The position numbers and the translations under genes were made by a program. From Octopus bimaculoides (Eukaryota): DNA of 46,657 nucleotides. Below, one piece after another: positions 26,785 to 40,045 of the stretch (its first letter is position 1; the number at the start of each line of letters is the position of its first letter). The stretch lies in assembly GCF_001194135.2 (NCBI RefSeq), contig NC_068993.1, positions 23,919,604-23,966,260 of the forward strand, given 5' to 3'. Under the pieces are notes generated by a model that saw only the letters and a list, made by a program, of their open reading frames with translations, did no database searches and had not been told where the DNA came from.

Positions 26785-26833
26785 CATCATCATTATTATC
26801 ATCATCATCATCATCATCATCATCACCACCACC

Positions 26834-26906
<73 letters not shown>

Positions 26907-26908
26907 AT
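26743..26908. repeat. Compound (TTA)(TCA)(TAG) microsatellite between RLE fragments
   Basis: Direct reading. Confidence 0.95.
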
Positions 26909-26909
26909 G

Positions 26910-27868
26910 AATTGTCTTTGCACAGCTTCTAACGCTGGAGATGTACTACAGTGTCAGTTGTTCACTACCAGTGAAATAACGTACCACCCCCATTCTCAAT
27001 TATCACTATGTCTGGTTTCCTATTCTCTGTCTCATGGTCACACTGAATCATAAAATCCCATAGGATCTTTGCATTATCATTTTCGATGATGCCTTCGGGT
27101 TTATATGTTCGCAACGCTTTTTTGCTTTTTCAAGTCCATACTTTTTGTAAAATGTCCAACGGACAATACGTGCTATATTGTCATGATGTCCTTCATATTC
27201 TTTCTGGACTACTGGGGTACATTGACTTGTAATATGCCATACGGTTTCACCATTTTGTCCACAATTCCTGCACTTATCACTTTCACATGTGCTGTCTATT
27301 CTGCATTTAATATAATTGGTCCTTAATGCTTGCTCATGGGCAACACAGATTAGAGCATCCGTTTCCGGTTTTAAATCACGATTATTCATCTATAGCCATC
27401 TTTTTCTCTCTCCTTCATATCTTCAACATCTCTATGAAATTGTTCATGCATTCTTTTCTTTATCCACCTATTTTCAGTTTCATTCATACTCAAGTACTTG
27501 TAGGGTCCATTATCTTTGCAATCTTCCATCCTACACAAGCCTGACGAGGTTCTGTGGCATTTTTTACATACCATGCTATGTTGTTTGTTACTGTTCTAAT
27601 TGTATTCGCATCCATTCAGTCCTCTTCCTCCTCTTTTTCATGGTACATACAGCCTGTCTGTGTCACTTTTTTGGGTGGGGGTATCCCATTTCTAGTTAGC
27701 AACTTCCTTGTCTTTCTGTCTAAGGTGTTTAGTTCGTCTACTGTCCATGCGATTACCCCTGCTCCATACCTTAGGAGTCAAACCGCCCAATTGTTGATAG
27801 TTTCTATCTCATTTCGTCCGTTTAATTTCGACTTAAGGATCAGTCTCAGTCTGCGGAAGAACTTCGCC
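26910..27868 (-). mobile_element. R4/Dong-like RLE fragment c, 5'-truncated and internally deleted, flanked by TAA-type repeats
   Basis: FFRRLRLILKSKLNGRN...LDRKTRKLLT...HPKSDTDRLYVP..RGGRGL; LKPETDALICVAHEQALRTNY; CRNCGQNGETVWHITSQC; KPD; a short putative 3' UTR at 26910-26975. Confidence 0.9.
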
Positions 27869-27875
27869 TTAAATT

Positions 27876-27877
27876 AC

Positions 27878-27935
<58 letters not shown>
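27876..27935. repeat. (TAT)n microsatellite
   Basis: Direct reading. Confidence 0.97.
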
Positions 27936-28029
27936 GCGGTATGAGCCCTTGGAACATCCCTTCTACTCTTCTGGAAACAGGCTGTTATCATTATTATAAT
28001 TATTATCAATATTATCATTTTCATTTCAT

Positions 28030-28515
28030 CTTCTATCAACTCTGTTTTCATTTCTTGCCGAGTGTCTTTCTGACCACTAGGGGAGAGAAACGTACATTGG
28101 TAGGCCATTAAAACAAGCACACCAGATTGTTCATTTACAGAGTCATGTGATAGAGAAAAAGGGAAGACAGAGAGTAAAAGGAAAAAATAAAAAGTAGAAA
28201 AGTAAACAAATAAAGGGGAAAAGGAGAGAAAACTGAAAGTGACAATGCTCTTCTCAATACGTGTGACGTACAAGTTAAGATAATCTTTTGCACTTCTTGT
28301 GTGGATGGTAAGCCAGGGATCATTCTTGAATAATTTTCAGTTTCTTTTTTGGCCATTCCAAGTGATCCTACAATCAATCACTAGTATTGTAACCGACGTG
28401 AGATGCCACATCTCTTCGATTTCGATTAGCAGATCATTATCTTTTCTGAGCTTATCAAATTCTTTTGCCAAGATGTTATGCTCACAGCGTATGCTCATGT
28501 CAATCAATAAACAGA
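28030..28515 (-). mobile_element. R4/Dong-like RLE 3' fragment d
   Basis: Open frame CLLIDMSIRCEHNILAKEFDKLRKDNDLLIEIEEMWHL...VIVGSLGMAKK...IPGLPSTQEVQKIILTCTSHVLRRALSL is the RLE catalytic C-terminus. A 3' UTR and TAA-like tail follow. Confidence 0.88.
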
Positions 28516-28544
28516 CTTATGATTATTATTAGCATTACTGTCAA

Positions 28545-28650
28545 CTCCGTGAGTTGGCAGAATCGTTAACACGCTGGAGAATTTCTTAGCAGCAAATCGT
28601 CCATCATTATTCACTACGTCGAAATTCACTGAGTTCGTCCTTATATTTTT
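28545..28650 (+). mobile_element. Decayed SINE head
   Basis: GAGTTGGCAGAATCGTTAACACGC resembles the heads at 8291 and 39554. Confidence 0.5.
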
Positions 28651-28919
28651 CAGGCATTGTACCTATAATAGAAAGCATTATTATTATTATCAATTTACTT
28701 CTTTGAATATTGTTCCCATTTCTTACCCAGTGCCATCCCGACACCTAGGTTCAAAAAGTTACTATATACATTCCTCAGACATTAAAATAAACACATCACA
28801 TTGTTCATTTACAAAATCAAATACAGTTGTGTAGAAAAAATATATTTACATTTAATGCTGTAGTCCTCACAGCGACGATAAGTGTGGTGTGGCAGTTAAA
28901 ACAATATTTGCACATTTTG

Positions 28920-29940
28920 CACATCCGGCTTATTGGCTTTTATAGTCCTCTCTGTATTTACAGGGGTCCCAGACAATGGTTACATTTTCTCCCTCAGTTA
29001 TAACGTCAGGGTGATACTTATACCAGATGTCAACAGTTTTGATTTTATAATACCGACATACTTACCAGTGTAGATATTGACCAACTCTGGAATGTCTTGC
29101 TTCATAATCTGCTACTGCGAACACTTTACATCCAATGATTAAGTGAACCAGTTTCAATCTTATCATATGACTTTGCTGTTGCCATTAATTTTACTTTCTT
29201 TCCAGCAGCAGTTGCCATACTTCCTTCAAACTGTTCAACTTGACTATCATTCACGAAATCAGTAGCAAATATTTTTCTCCACTTCAAGATAGAAGGAAGT
29301 TCCGACGCCTCATATTCTTTTCAACTGGTGTTAGCATCCAGTTGTTAGTCATTTCAAGATATTGGGTCAGTCCAATTCTGGTATATTTGTAAGGAAATTA
29401 AAACAGGATCAAGCCTCCTCAAGCTCTGGGAAGGTAAAGATGATCCACGTCTGCATTTGGGTGATGCACTTTATTACAACTCAGCAGTTTACGAATTTCT
29501 ATCTATGTTTTTTTTTTTTTCGCTGATATTGCAGTTTAACACATTGAAGCTCTAAATATCAACTGGAAACGCTACAGAATTCATGGTTAGTACTTTGTAA
29601 TATTCATTTTGCTCATATTTCAGAACTGCTCGAAATCTGCCATAACATTACAGCCTGGTGTTGTATTTTATGCTTGCATGCTGAATGATAGAGCTTTCAT
29701 TTATTGCTAGCCATTTATAGATTTGTTCTTGCTCAACTCTTTCAACATCTAACATGAGTAAATTTGATCTGATTAATTTCCATTTCTCGAAAGTGAATTC
29801 AGCACAGTAATGAAGACATTATTCCATCCTAATGCCATCATTGTATGATTTTACATTGCGTAACAAGGCTTCAATACCTTATCATTTTCTTTTGCTTTAT
29901 CGATGTATGTCATCCGTATAAAATATGAGGCTTATTTTCT
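28920..29940 (-). mobile_element. R4/Dong-like RLE fragment e (RT C-half, thumb, partial RLE)
   Basis: FYTDD; HHPNADVDHLYLPRA*GG; HLIIGCKVFAVADYEARHSRVGQYLHW; WYKYHPDVITEGENVTIVWD; TIKANKPD. Confidence 0.85.
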
Positions 29941-30003
29941 AGTCAAATTTATAATTTTATAACCATACACTGTTCTAAGTTCACTTCTAAGGAGTATTAG
30001 AGC

Positions 30004-30005
30004 TT

Positions 30006-30100
<95 letters not shown>

Positions 30101-30104
30101 TTAC

Positions 30105-30135
<31 letters not shown>

Positions 30136-30167
30136 AAGAAGAAGAAGAAGAAGAAGAAGAAGAAGAA
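30004..30167. repeat. (ACT)n(GAA)n compound microsatellite
   Basis: Direct reading. Confidence 0.97.
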
Positions 30168-31619
30168 TACAGCTACTGCTGTTGCTGCTACCATTTTGGG
30201 GATTTGCTTTTACAATGAGAATTTATCAATTCATGATCTAAAGTATTATTAAATATTTATTTATCAAGTTAACACAGAATTATTCATGTTTTAGCAGCTC
30301 AATATAATGCCTTAAATAAAATTAAATGCTGTTATTCAACAAAAAACACCCTGGTTCATTTAGTTATTTATATTTACATTAATTATTACATAAAAAAGCA
30401 GATTTAATCATTTAATTGCTAAATTGTTTACATAATATTGTTTCAGTTCAGAAATTTTTCATGATTTAATTGTATAATAATAGTTTATTTATTCATTAAC
30501 ATAAAAGACTAAAATTTTCCTCTTGATTTAATTCTATGAAAATTATGCCATAATTATTAATAGTAATTACTCATTTAAGTGTGCTCCTAACATTTGTACA
30601 TTATATTGAAATTAGCAATGTCAATTCCAGTTGTTCTCAAAGCGTTATGGAATGGCATGAGATTGTTATGCGGAACGCTGGTGTTTAATGTACTCGTTGT
30701 TCTTGTAATAACATCTAAATTTGATAAGATATTTATATTTTAATTGCAATTTAACATAACTCATGGAGATCCGGCAGATTTCATAACACATGGAGGTCCG
30801 GTAGATTTCATTACGTAATTCCTCAGTTCTACAAATACTTTAACATAGGGGTTTTAATCCCACAATTATTTTAAACAAGAGTTACATCTGAAGAAGTTAG
30901 TTTAAGAAAACGTGAATCAAATTAACTGCACTATATTAGCAACAGCATAGTCAAAACAACCCGTTTATCAGATGGTGTGACTAAATATGTAGAACAGTAT
31001 GTTGGGGTTGTTGTGGGTAGCAACATGTGTAGACAGAACGGATGGAAGGAGGTACTGAACACACTGACCAAACAGACTGTGGGTTTCTGAGCACAATACA
31101 CTTTTATTTGAACTTAGTATGTGGAAAAAACCTTTCAGCAATGCCCTGTGTGAGTCTATTTCCTTCGTCCAAGCGAGTATCATGATTCTATCTCTGTATG
31201 TGCGTCAACAATCCAAGTGACGTCTTTCGGAGAACTGATTAATCCTCTGTTACCCACTTCCAAATTCATGTAGTAAACATTTCTTAAGCAACCCTATTTT
31301 ATTAGATCTCTTGAACTTTCCCCAATTTTAGAATTCTTTGAAAAATGTAGTTACTCTTTTACAGATTTGTTTTAGCAACACATTGTAAGAATCAAAGAAA
31401 TTGACTCCTATAAATTTCTATGGTGATACTCATTCTTTCGTTCGTTTTCGTTATATCAATAATTCATGGGAAATTAAACACCGGTTTATAAAGAAAGCAG
31501 ATTAGCCTTGCTTGAGCAATTTAAAGCATTTGAGAAGTATGCGTTCACTTTCCTCTGATATCTTTAAAATATAGATTAGATTTGTGTCTGTATACACACA
31601 TGCATACAGACAAGCATAA

Positions 31620-31712
31620 CAACACACACACACATGCACAAAAACGCACGCACACGCACACACACGCACACACAAATACACGCACACACAAACACACGCA
31701 CACACACACACA
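31620..31712. repeat. Degenerate (CA)n
   Basis: Direct reading. Confidence 0.9.
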
Positions 31713-32333
31713 TATTCCAGTAATTCTCATGACACATACGAAGGTTGGTATTAATTGAGGATGGTTTAAATATTTGCAAAATCTGATTATAATTGTTTCA
31801 ACCACCTTGAGATATTTAGAAATTATTAGAAACACCAACTGACTGCGTTATATGCATGTAAATGTGTAAATGGTAGGAATATGCAGGAGTTTCTCTGCTA
31901 ATGCATCGTTATTAATTAATAGATAACCTATTAGATAGAAATAGAATTAATTTCACATACACATGCACACCCACATACATATATGTCGCCAAACCCTTTC
32001 TGTTATTATCATCTTGCGAAATCCTCATCATAACTTTCATAGTTAACATTTTGCAAACAGGAAATGTGTTTGTAACCCAACTCAACGATCATTCACCAGC
32101 TAGATGTTCATAGCAGCTTAAGACTTATTCAAGATGTGTTATCTATTATATTCCTCTGAAATATTCCCACGTGGTCATCCGGTATCTTCGTTATCGATAA
32201 GGTGCTTCAATTACAAATGTGTATGTATATCTGTGTGTATGTTTGTATGTATGCATGTATGTATGTATAAGTGCATGCTTGTATGTATGTATGCCTGCAT
32301 TCATGTATGTATGCATATATGTATGCGTATATA

Positions 32334-32543
32334 CGAAGGGGTGATGAAAATGTCTTGGTATTCAGGGTATCGTGAAAGCGCATTTGGAGTAACAACCAAC
32401 TGAGTTCTTTAACATGGCTCAAAAAACTGAAGGATCACTGCACTATGTGAATCTGAGAAGGCAACATGTTGATTAAAATCAGAATAAGATGACCATCGTG
32501 TATTTTCTTTTACTCAAGGCCAATAACTTTTCAACAACCCTTA
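32334..32543 (+). mobile_element. mariner-derived MITE
   Basis: TA-CGAAGGGGTGATGAAAA ... TTTTCAACAACCCTTA-TA degenerate TIRs. The internal segment reads DHCTM*I*EGNMLIK, a weak match to the mariner C-terminus. Confidence 0.65.
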
Positions 32544-32545
32544 TA

Positions 32546-32588
<43 letters not shown>

Positions 32589-32649
32589 CTACCCATGCAT
32601 AGTTTTTTTTCTTTTTCTTTTCTTTTTTTTTGTATATTGAGTGATTTCT

Positions 32650-35100
32650 ATCCTGGCCTTCTCTGAGGTAAGAGAGCCCGGCTGTTTTGGGGCTGTATAG
32701 GAGATCATCAGCAAAAGAGTGCTTCTTGAGGAGCTCACTGCCAACTGGTACAATGTTGCTCACTTCACGTTTCAGGACAGCATTCATATATTTATTTTTG
32801 CTACTGTTGTTTAACAGGTGCTGCCTGAGTGATACCATGCGGCATTCGAAGGCCGTTTGCGCTGATGTCAGGCCTCTACCACCTTCATTTTACTGTTTTT
32901 GTGAAAGTTCTCAGTTGTTGTCGGGATTTTGCGGGTTTTGATACGTATAGAGTGGATTTCCTCTGCAGATCAATCAAGTATCCCAAATGTTGGGATCAGC
33001 ACTGGTAGTGCAAATGCATTGTGGGATATTGTTTTGTTGTTAGAGGAGAGTTCTGACCACCATGTTTTCCTAAATCTGTTGTAATATTTTGGGGTCACTA
33101 TCTTTATTCACAGTGCCTGCATGATTCATTTTTGTCTATACCTAGATACTTGTAACACTCTTTGTGTGGAATGGGGGGAGATAGAGAGACCGTTGATGCA
33201 CGGGATTTAGTTTGGGGTTTGGAGTACTGACTGTCTTCATTCTATAACCAAATATGAACATTTCGTTTGACTAAATTCCATGCCTACATTAGATGAAAAT
33301 ATTATTAATTCCAGTTATTTTTTGGCATTGTTAAGACGTTTGGCATAACTCTTCAGGGCGTCCACAAAGAAATTATGATTTACATTGATATTTCTCGCTG
33401 TTGAAGATCCCAGCATGTAAACATCTGTTTTCTGCAGTAGGAACGATAATGGATTCAATGCCAAAATGAAAAGAAGTATAGAATGACTATTTCCCTGGAA
33501 TATTCCTTTTGTAAAACATATACTATTAGAAACAATTATTCTGTTCTCGGTTGTAAGGGTAAGAATTGTTGTTCCTGTCTCTGTGAGTCTCCCTATAGCA
33601 GCAATTAAGATAGTAGGTACCTTTGCCAGATGTAGGCACTTCCACAGCCATGGATAATGGATAAAGTCGAATGCCTTCCTATAGTCAAGCCATACTCTCA
33701 CAAGGTTTCTGCATTGTTTTTTTTTTATTTCAGACAATACAGTTTTGTTTATTAAAAGTTGTTCGGCACATCCCCACACTCCCTTCTTTTTACCGGCCTG
33801 TTCATCAGTGACAATGTTGACCGACTCACGATGGTCCTGGAGGAGTTGGTTGGGGTAACTTGTTTGCAGTCTGTACATAATGTTTAGGTAAGCAATAGGC
33901 TTGTAATTTCCCGTTATCGCGGTGATTTCATTTTTGGCAACAAGATTTGTCCTTGCTGTATAGCAAGACAATTTGTCTGACCTTCTATAATCCTTTTAAA
34001 CATGCATGTCAATTTGTTTCTATAGAATGTCAGCTTCTTGTACTAATATTCAACTATTAATTCTTTTCGAGATGCCTTCCCATTCTGGAGTTTGCCTACT
34101 GTTACAGCGAAGGTTTCTACATCAATTTTGTATGTTGTACTGTTAATATTGGTTCAGTATTCCCTCTCAATTGTAGTTAACTATGATGCATTCAGGTTGA
34201 AATCTCTTTTCGTTCCAAATTTTTTATCAGAATGATTGTATTTCTTGGGAGTGAGCTTTCTTAATGGTAATATTTTCCTTCCTCGTATCTCTGTATAATG
34301 CTTGTAGGTTTGAAACAAACTTACGATTGATATTAACTCGCTCAAAAATTTGCATGCGATAGCAAATATTCTCGCTCGTCGTCCTGCGTTCATGTTTTAA
34401 AGCGATTAGCTTTCCTTCAAGAGCTCGGTGTGAAGAGTTGTCATAAAGTTTCGCTAATCTTTGTCTAAGTTAGAGCTGGTGAGGTGTAAACTCGTTTTAT
34501 CCTTAGATTTTATTGTAGTTAACCATCCAATATGGCAGCGCACGTTGTTGATGTTTTCTTCAAGTTTTGTTTTCCATCTAGGTTGTTTCCGTTTAGCAAT
34601 TTCGTTTCTTTGTTCACTGTAGATTTCTCCTAGGTGTTCTTTAAGAGTATTAATATGCCAGTAAATAGCAGCACAGGATTCTATGTGCTCTCCAGCAACA
34701 TCGTTGATAACCATAAACATTAGATCGGTCGGATTTTTTCTCACTCGTGTTGGGGATAATCTGTTGCTCAACGAAAGCTTAGAAGAAAGTAGCAAAATTT
34801 TTTGCGAATTGTAATTTTAAAATGTTTTTGAGTTGGATGTATTCCGCAATCTTTGCTATTATGTCAGCTAAATTTGGAGACACACTCGAATTTAGCAATG
34901 TCGGGAGCAGTGGATTGTTTACATTATCTTTTACGCTGCTTCTGGTAGTTTTTGACCGATTTTCAGTGTTTTGGGAAGATCGAGGACCAGTTGATTTGTT
35001 TTGTTTTTTTTTTACAAAAGATGCTTGTTGTCAGAGCTGCTTCGCCATGAAGGTATCTAAGTTGAGATGAGTTTCGTCCCAGTATTGTTTTAACCAAATC
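32650..35100 (-). mobile_element. R4/Dong-like RLE retrotransposon fragment f (N-terminal region plus RT)
   Basis: QPRWKTKLEENI; GKASRKELIV (KAPG.D); ORF 33315-33971 with YKPIA, EQAGKKKGVWGCAEQLLIN, WLDYRKAFD, KGIFQGNS and FFVDALK; YKYLG; GGRGLTSA. Confidence 0.92.
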
Positions 35101-35754
35101 TGCGTATTATGCACTCAATTTATATCTAAGAGCGTAAAAAAGACATCTCTGATAATTACGTGTTGAATACGATGCAAATTGACCAGTCAGTTAATATTCA
35201 AAAGAATAACACCCACATGTTATATATGAATATTTCATGTGCATCCATGAACGTATATATGAGTGAATGTAAGTATGTATTTAGAGGTGTGTTTTCATTC
35301 TTTATCTGAGTTAGTACGTGTGCTAAGTTCTCTTTATTTGCAATGCTGTCATATCACAGTTTAGTTGGTATTTAGGTTTCCTTAAAAGCCTTCATTTATT
35401 GAATAGGATAGTATGCTAGAAAGGATTACATTTAAGCATTATAGAGTGGCATTGTCAACCAAATAGTAAGTAATTGGCGAAAGTTGTTTCAATAATTGCA
35501 TTAAGTAGAATATTTTGTTTGTGTTAAAAGTGATAAAATTAGGTAATTTAATTACTTTAAAATCAAAATTGCATAATAAAAGGTAATTCATTTGTAACGG
35601 GTCAGAGCAATTTTCGCGTAATTCTTATCGTAGGTTAGATCACTCAAAGAATATTGACCATAAGAGGTGAAACTATTACTCAAATGAAGTGAGTTGAGAT
35701 AAGGAATAAAAATTAATAGTACAAATATTTTGTCCAATATCTCACTGCTTTTCT

Positions 35755-35818
35755 TTTACATATATGTGTATATGAATGTATGTATGTTTGTATGTATACA
35801 TACATACATATATATATA

Positions 35819-35895
<77 letters not shown>

Positions 35896-35940
35896 GCGTG
35901 TGTATCTGTGTCTGTGTCTGTCTGTCTGTGTCTGTGTCTG
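35755..35940. repeat. (TG)n microsatellite
   Basis: Direct reading. Confidence 0.95.
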
Positions 35941-38226
35941 AACCTGTGTTGTATATGTGCGGAAGTTTGAGCGTGTGTGTACGTTTCAGTGTTTTTGTGT
36001 ATATGTATATATTTTCATGATATCGTATGTGTATTTGGAGCTTACCTGAATATGTATGCAATTATCATGAAAATATCTGTATTAAAAAATTAATGAATTT
36101 GAAGATGAAATTTCTCTTAATTTTATATGGACATTTCTAAAGGAGGACCATATCTCATGCAATCGCTCCAGATAAACATTTCTAATTTCAATGGGCTATT
36201 TTATGAAACTCAACATTTCAGTTATCTAAAATATTTCTAATTTTTTGATAACAACATTTAAAGAGGGACATAGAAGCCGGCATTCACAACACCATCAGTG
36301 GTAGTGGAATTCGAAACCATTAAATTAGGAACAGTCTCTACATTGCTAATATGTGATGATGAGGCTATAAACGGCGACAAATGTGAAAGCTCAGGCAATC
36401 TTTGATGAAAGCTTAAACAAAATAGAAGTAACAAGAGAGTGTTAGTGTAGTCTGTGAACGTGACTTGGAATCGAAATCAGTAAGAGTTGGTGAGGTATCC
36501 ATATTAAGAGCCTATAGTGCAGAGCCCGAAATGTAACAGGAGATGATCACTGTAAAAGTGATAGAATTTACTTTACATGGGCAACCGATACAATGAAAAC
36601 ATATACTCAGGTGACCGTTGTCCTTGAGGGAACACTGAAATATTCACCAGCGAAAGTTGTTCTTCTTTGTGCTGTCAGTCAACTCTTGCGTATCTAATCC
36701 CAAATAATCATAAAATATATACAAAAGATGTCTCATGCGCAGAGAACATTGACCAGGTAAAGTAGGGCTCTGGAAGTAGGGCAATGGAAGTAGAACAGAG
36801 ATATAGTCCTAACCGGATCAAAGTTGTAGGCCCTACAGAGAGATAAGGTAAAGAAGCAATATCAGATTTCTGAGGGAATTTGATAGGTCTCATAATGCAC
36901 ACTCAGGAAATTAATTTCTACATTGCTTCAAGCTTTTGACACTGTGGAACAAGCAGGTCTCAAGGCTAAGCCCAGTTTTCTAGAAGCGGTAGCAGTTACG
37001 TCACTTGAACCAGGCGTGGTTCTTCCATCCAGTAGCACACAGCATGACCATCATGGCTCAACTCATAGTGCCCTGGGAAGATATACTTGATACAGGACCT
37101 AAATCCGCATCTGTACTGAAATTTACTACCGCTGTTTTCTAGGAAGCCATCTTTCCTTTTTCATTTTTCCTCGGGTGAATTTTAGTATCCGAAAATACTC
37201 ATCTCCAGCTGAACTTTACAGTGGTTGAAAAGTGAAGTTAAAAAGCTAAGAGGTAAAGTGCTTCTAACCCCAAGACAGCCAATGAAGATGCATATGAGTT
37301 CCCAGCAATTCATTATATTAAGTCACCGTCATGATAATAAATTGCACCATCCTTAAGTAGTCCTTGCGTATTTTTTACGGGACAAACGGTTGATATCTAT
37401 TTTACATTGCACGTTAAAAAAGATAAATCATAACACAAGTCATAACATTTTTATGCTTAAATAGCAAATAATACAATAGATACAAACAAAATACAAAACA
37501 AATCTTGTCGCACACACCTATATGTGCTATATTATATTAGAATGAACTGGAAAGCAAATGCTATAACGAGTGAGTCAAAACTTGTTTTCATGCCTGGATG
37601 ACTTCAACTTCTATATAGTAAATGCTAAACTACTTTGAAGAGTACGAAATGAAATGCATTACAAGGGTTGGCAAAACAGCATAGTGGTCAGAAAAATCAA
37701 AAAAATCGACACCGCAAATTCAGAAAAAAATGTATTAATGAAATTAGTATAGTTATATTTAGAAACAATGGTAAGATAATTAGACCAAATAGCGAATTGC
37801 AAACGGATAGGAAGAACTAGGTAGAGTGGAGAACGAAAGAAGTCTAAAATCCCGTTGAAAGAAAAAAATAGTATACACATTGGATGAATATTTAGAATTG
37901 CTAAATTTATGTAAGATTATGCGCTGATATTTACATATAACTAGAGCGAACATCATTCTATGTCAGATTCTGCATCAGGAAAAAAAAAGCTTTGTGGAAA
38001 ATACGATCTGTACAACATTTATATTTAAAGGTCTTTCGTGAAAAACCCTGAATATTGTTTGGTGCAAAATTTAGCTATGCGTTGTCAGATTTGGCAAATG
38101 AATGTCACAGAATTCAAAGCAGGTGCTCGGAACGGATCTGTGTCCTGTAACGAATAATAACGGGCGGAAGATTAATATGTTTATACATATAAGAGAAGGA
38201 GCTCTTTACGAACATGCATTCTATAG

Positions 38227-39480
38227 TATTCACACACGGTAGTGTGTGAATAATGTTCTGAATATCAACATTTATTCACTCTTGACCAATTCAAGGATTT
38301 GTCTCTTACTCAGTTTCTAACCAAATTAGATGATGTTTACATTTATAGACTGGTCACTTCCTAAGCTACATTTTCAGCTACAGAATTTGAAAATTGCTTC
38401 GGTAAAAAAAAGTTTCATTAAAATATGTGAAGTAAAAAACGGGAGACTAACGCCTGAAATCAACTTTGAGTCCAAATATATATATTTTTTAAGAAATCTA
38501 TATCTTATTTTAGCTTATATGTTATATCTCGGCGAGAGGAATCTATTGATATTACTTATATGGAAAAATATTATTGTAGTTTTTATGAAATCGATTTTGA
38601 CTCCAAATATTCTTTTTTCAAAAGAAACCTGTAGTTAAGTTCAACTTTTCTGATAAATCTCCACTGGAGGAACACGATGATGCCAATTATATAAAGAAAA
38701 TCATTTGAAAAGAAGAAAAAAAAACTACTGGGGCCAAATTTGCCGGAAAATGTGATAACGCTTTAAAATCAAACTCAAAACCTAAAATTCTTTTGTTTTC
38801 TCACCCCATATGATATAACTCATCAAGACGAGTGTCGTGGTGTTAACCTATTTAAAATATATCATTCACACACGGTAGTGTGTGAATAATATTCTTAAGA
38901 TCAGCATTTACTCACTCACGACCACTCCTAGTTTATGTCACTAACTCAGCTTTTAAACAAATTAGACGATGTTTACATTTTTAGATTGGTCACGTCATCA
39001 GCTACATTTCGAGTTAATAATTTGAAAATTGCTTCAGTAGAAAAAAGTTTGAGATAATTATGTGAGATCACAAATGAAAACAGTTTTGAGTTCAAATAAT
39101 TTTTAAACAATAAATCTATTCTTTATTGTAGTTTTTATGATAAATCTCGAGAGCAGGAATCTATCCCTGTAAGTTATATGCAAAAATATTCTGTAGAAAA
39201 TAGTACTGAGGTAAGAACTGGTGAAAAATAAACGGAGGATAACGCCTGAAATCGATTTGACTCCAAATATTCTTCTTCTTTCAAAAGAAAAGTATATTTA
39301 AATTTAACTTCTCTCTCGACAATTGATTCCCATGATGTTAATTATATCAAAAAATTCAATAAAAAAGAAACTGCTGGGACCAAATGTGTCGAAAACTGTG
39401 GTTACGCCTAAAAGCAAATTCAAAATCTAAACATTTTGTTTTTATTTAACTGATATGATAGAACTCAAAAATGAAAAAAG
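38227..39480. repeat. Two tandem diverged ~636-bp units, each headed by a 10-11-bp hairpin
   Basis: ATTCACACAC-GGTA-GTGTGTGAAT at 38228 and 38864, with colinear blocks (GATGTTTACA, TTGAAAATTGCTTC, GACTCCAAATATTCTT). A partial third copy lies at 40046-40290. Confidence 0.85.
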
Positions 39481-39553
39481 TTATTATCGAAGCTAAATGT
39501 GCCAAAAGTACGGAAAACAATTTTCAAGAATTATTATTATTTATTACAACGGT

Positions 39554-39760
39554 AAGATGACGATCTGACAGAGGCGTTAACACGCAGGTTTAAAGCTTCG
39601 CAGCATTTCGTCTGTCTCTACATTCTGAGTTCAAATTCCGCTAAGGTCGTCTTTGCCTTTTGTCTTACGGTATTCGATAAAATGAGTATCAGCCGAGCAC
39701 AGAGGTCGATGTAATCAACATCACTTCCCCTCCGAATTGTTGGCCTTCTGCAAAAAATGA
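39554..39760 (+). mobile_element. tRNA-derived SINE
   Basis: B-box GAGTTCAAATTCCGC, GTCTTTGCCTTT and GTCGATGTAATC blocks; same family as 8072-8291. Confidence 0.8.
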
Positions 39761-39764
39761 GGGC

Positions 39765-39941
39765 GGGGGTCAGTCGATTACATCGACCACAGTAGGCAAC
39801 TGGTCCTTAATTTATCGATCTTGATAGGAGGAAAGGCAAAGTCGACTTTGGCGGAAAATTTGAACTCAGAACGTAAAGAAAAACGAAATAACGCTAAGCA
39901 TTTCGCTAGACGTGCTAACTCTTCTGCCATCTCGCCGCCTT
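39765..39941 (-). mobile_element. tRNA-derived SINE, inverted relative to its neighbour
   Basis: Minus strand AGGCGGCGAGATGGCAGAAGAGTTAGCACG...GAGTTCAAATTTTCCGCC...GATGTAATCGAC. Confidence 0.85.
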
Positions 39942-40045
39942 AACTGGGAACTAATATTGCAAAATGTTTGATTCGATTCAGTGTTGAGGCATCTTGCAAA
40001 AATCTACATCACATTCATAGTATACACTATATTGTAATAAATATC

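Noticed and set aside
30757-30812. 27-bp tandem duplication
   Set aside because: Two-copy local slippage with no further structure.
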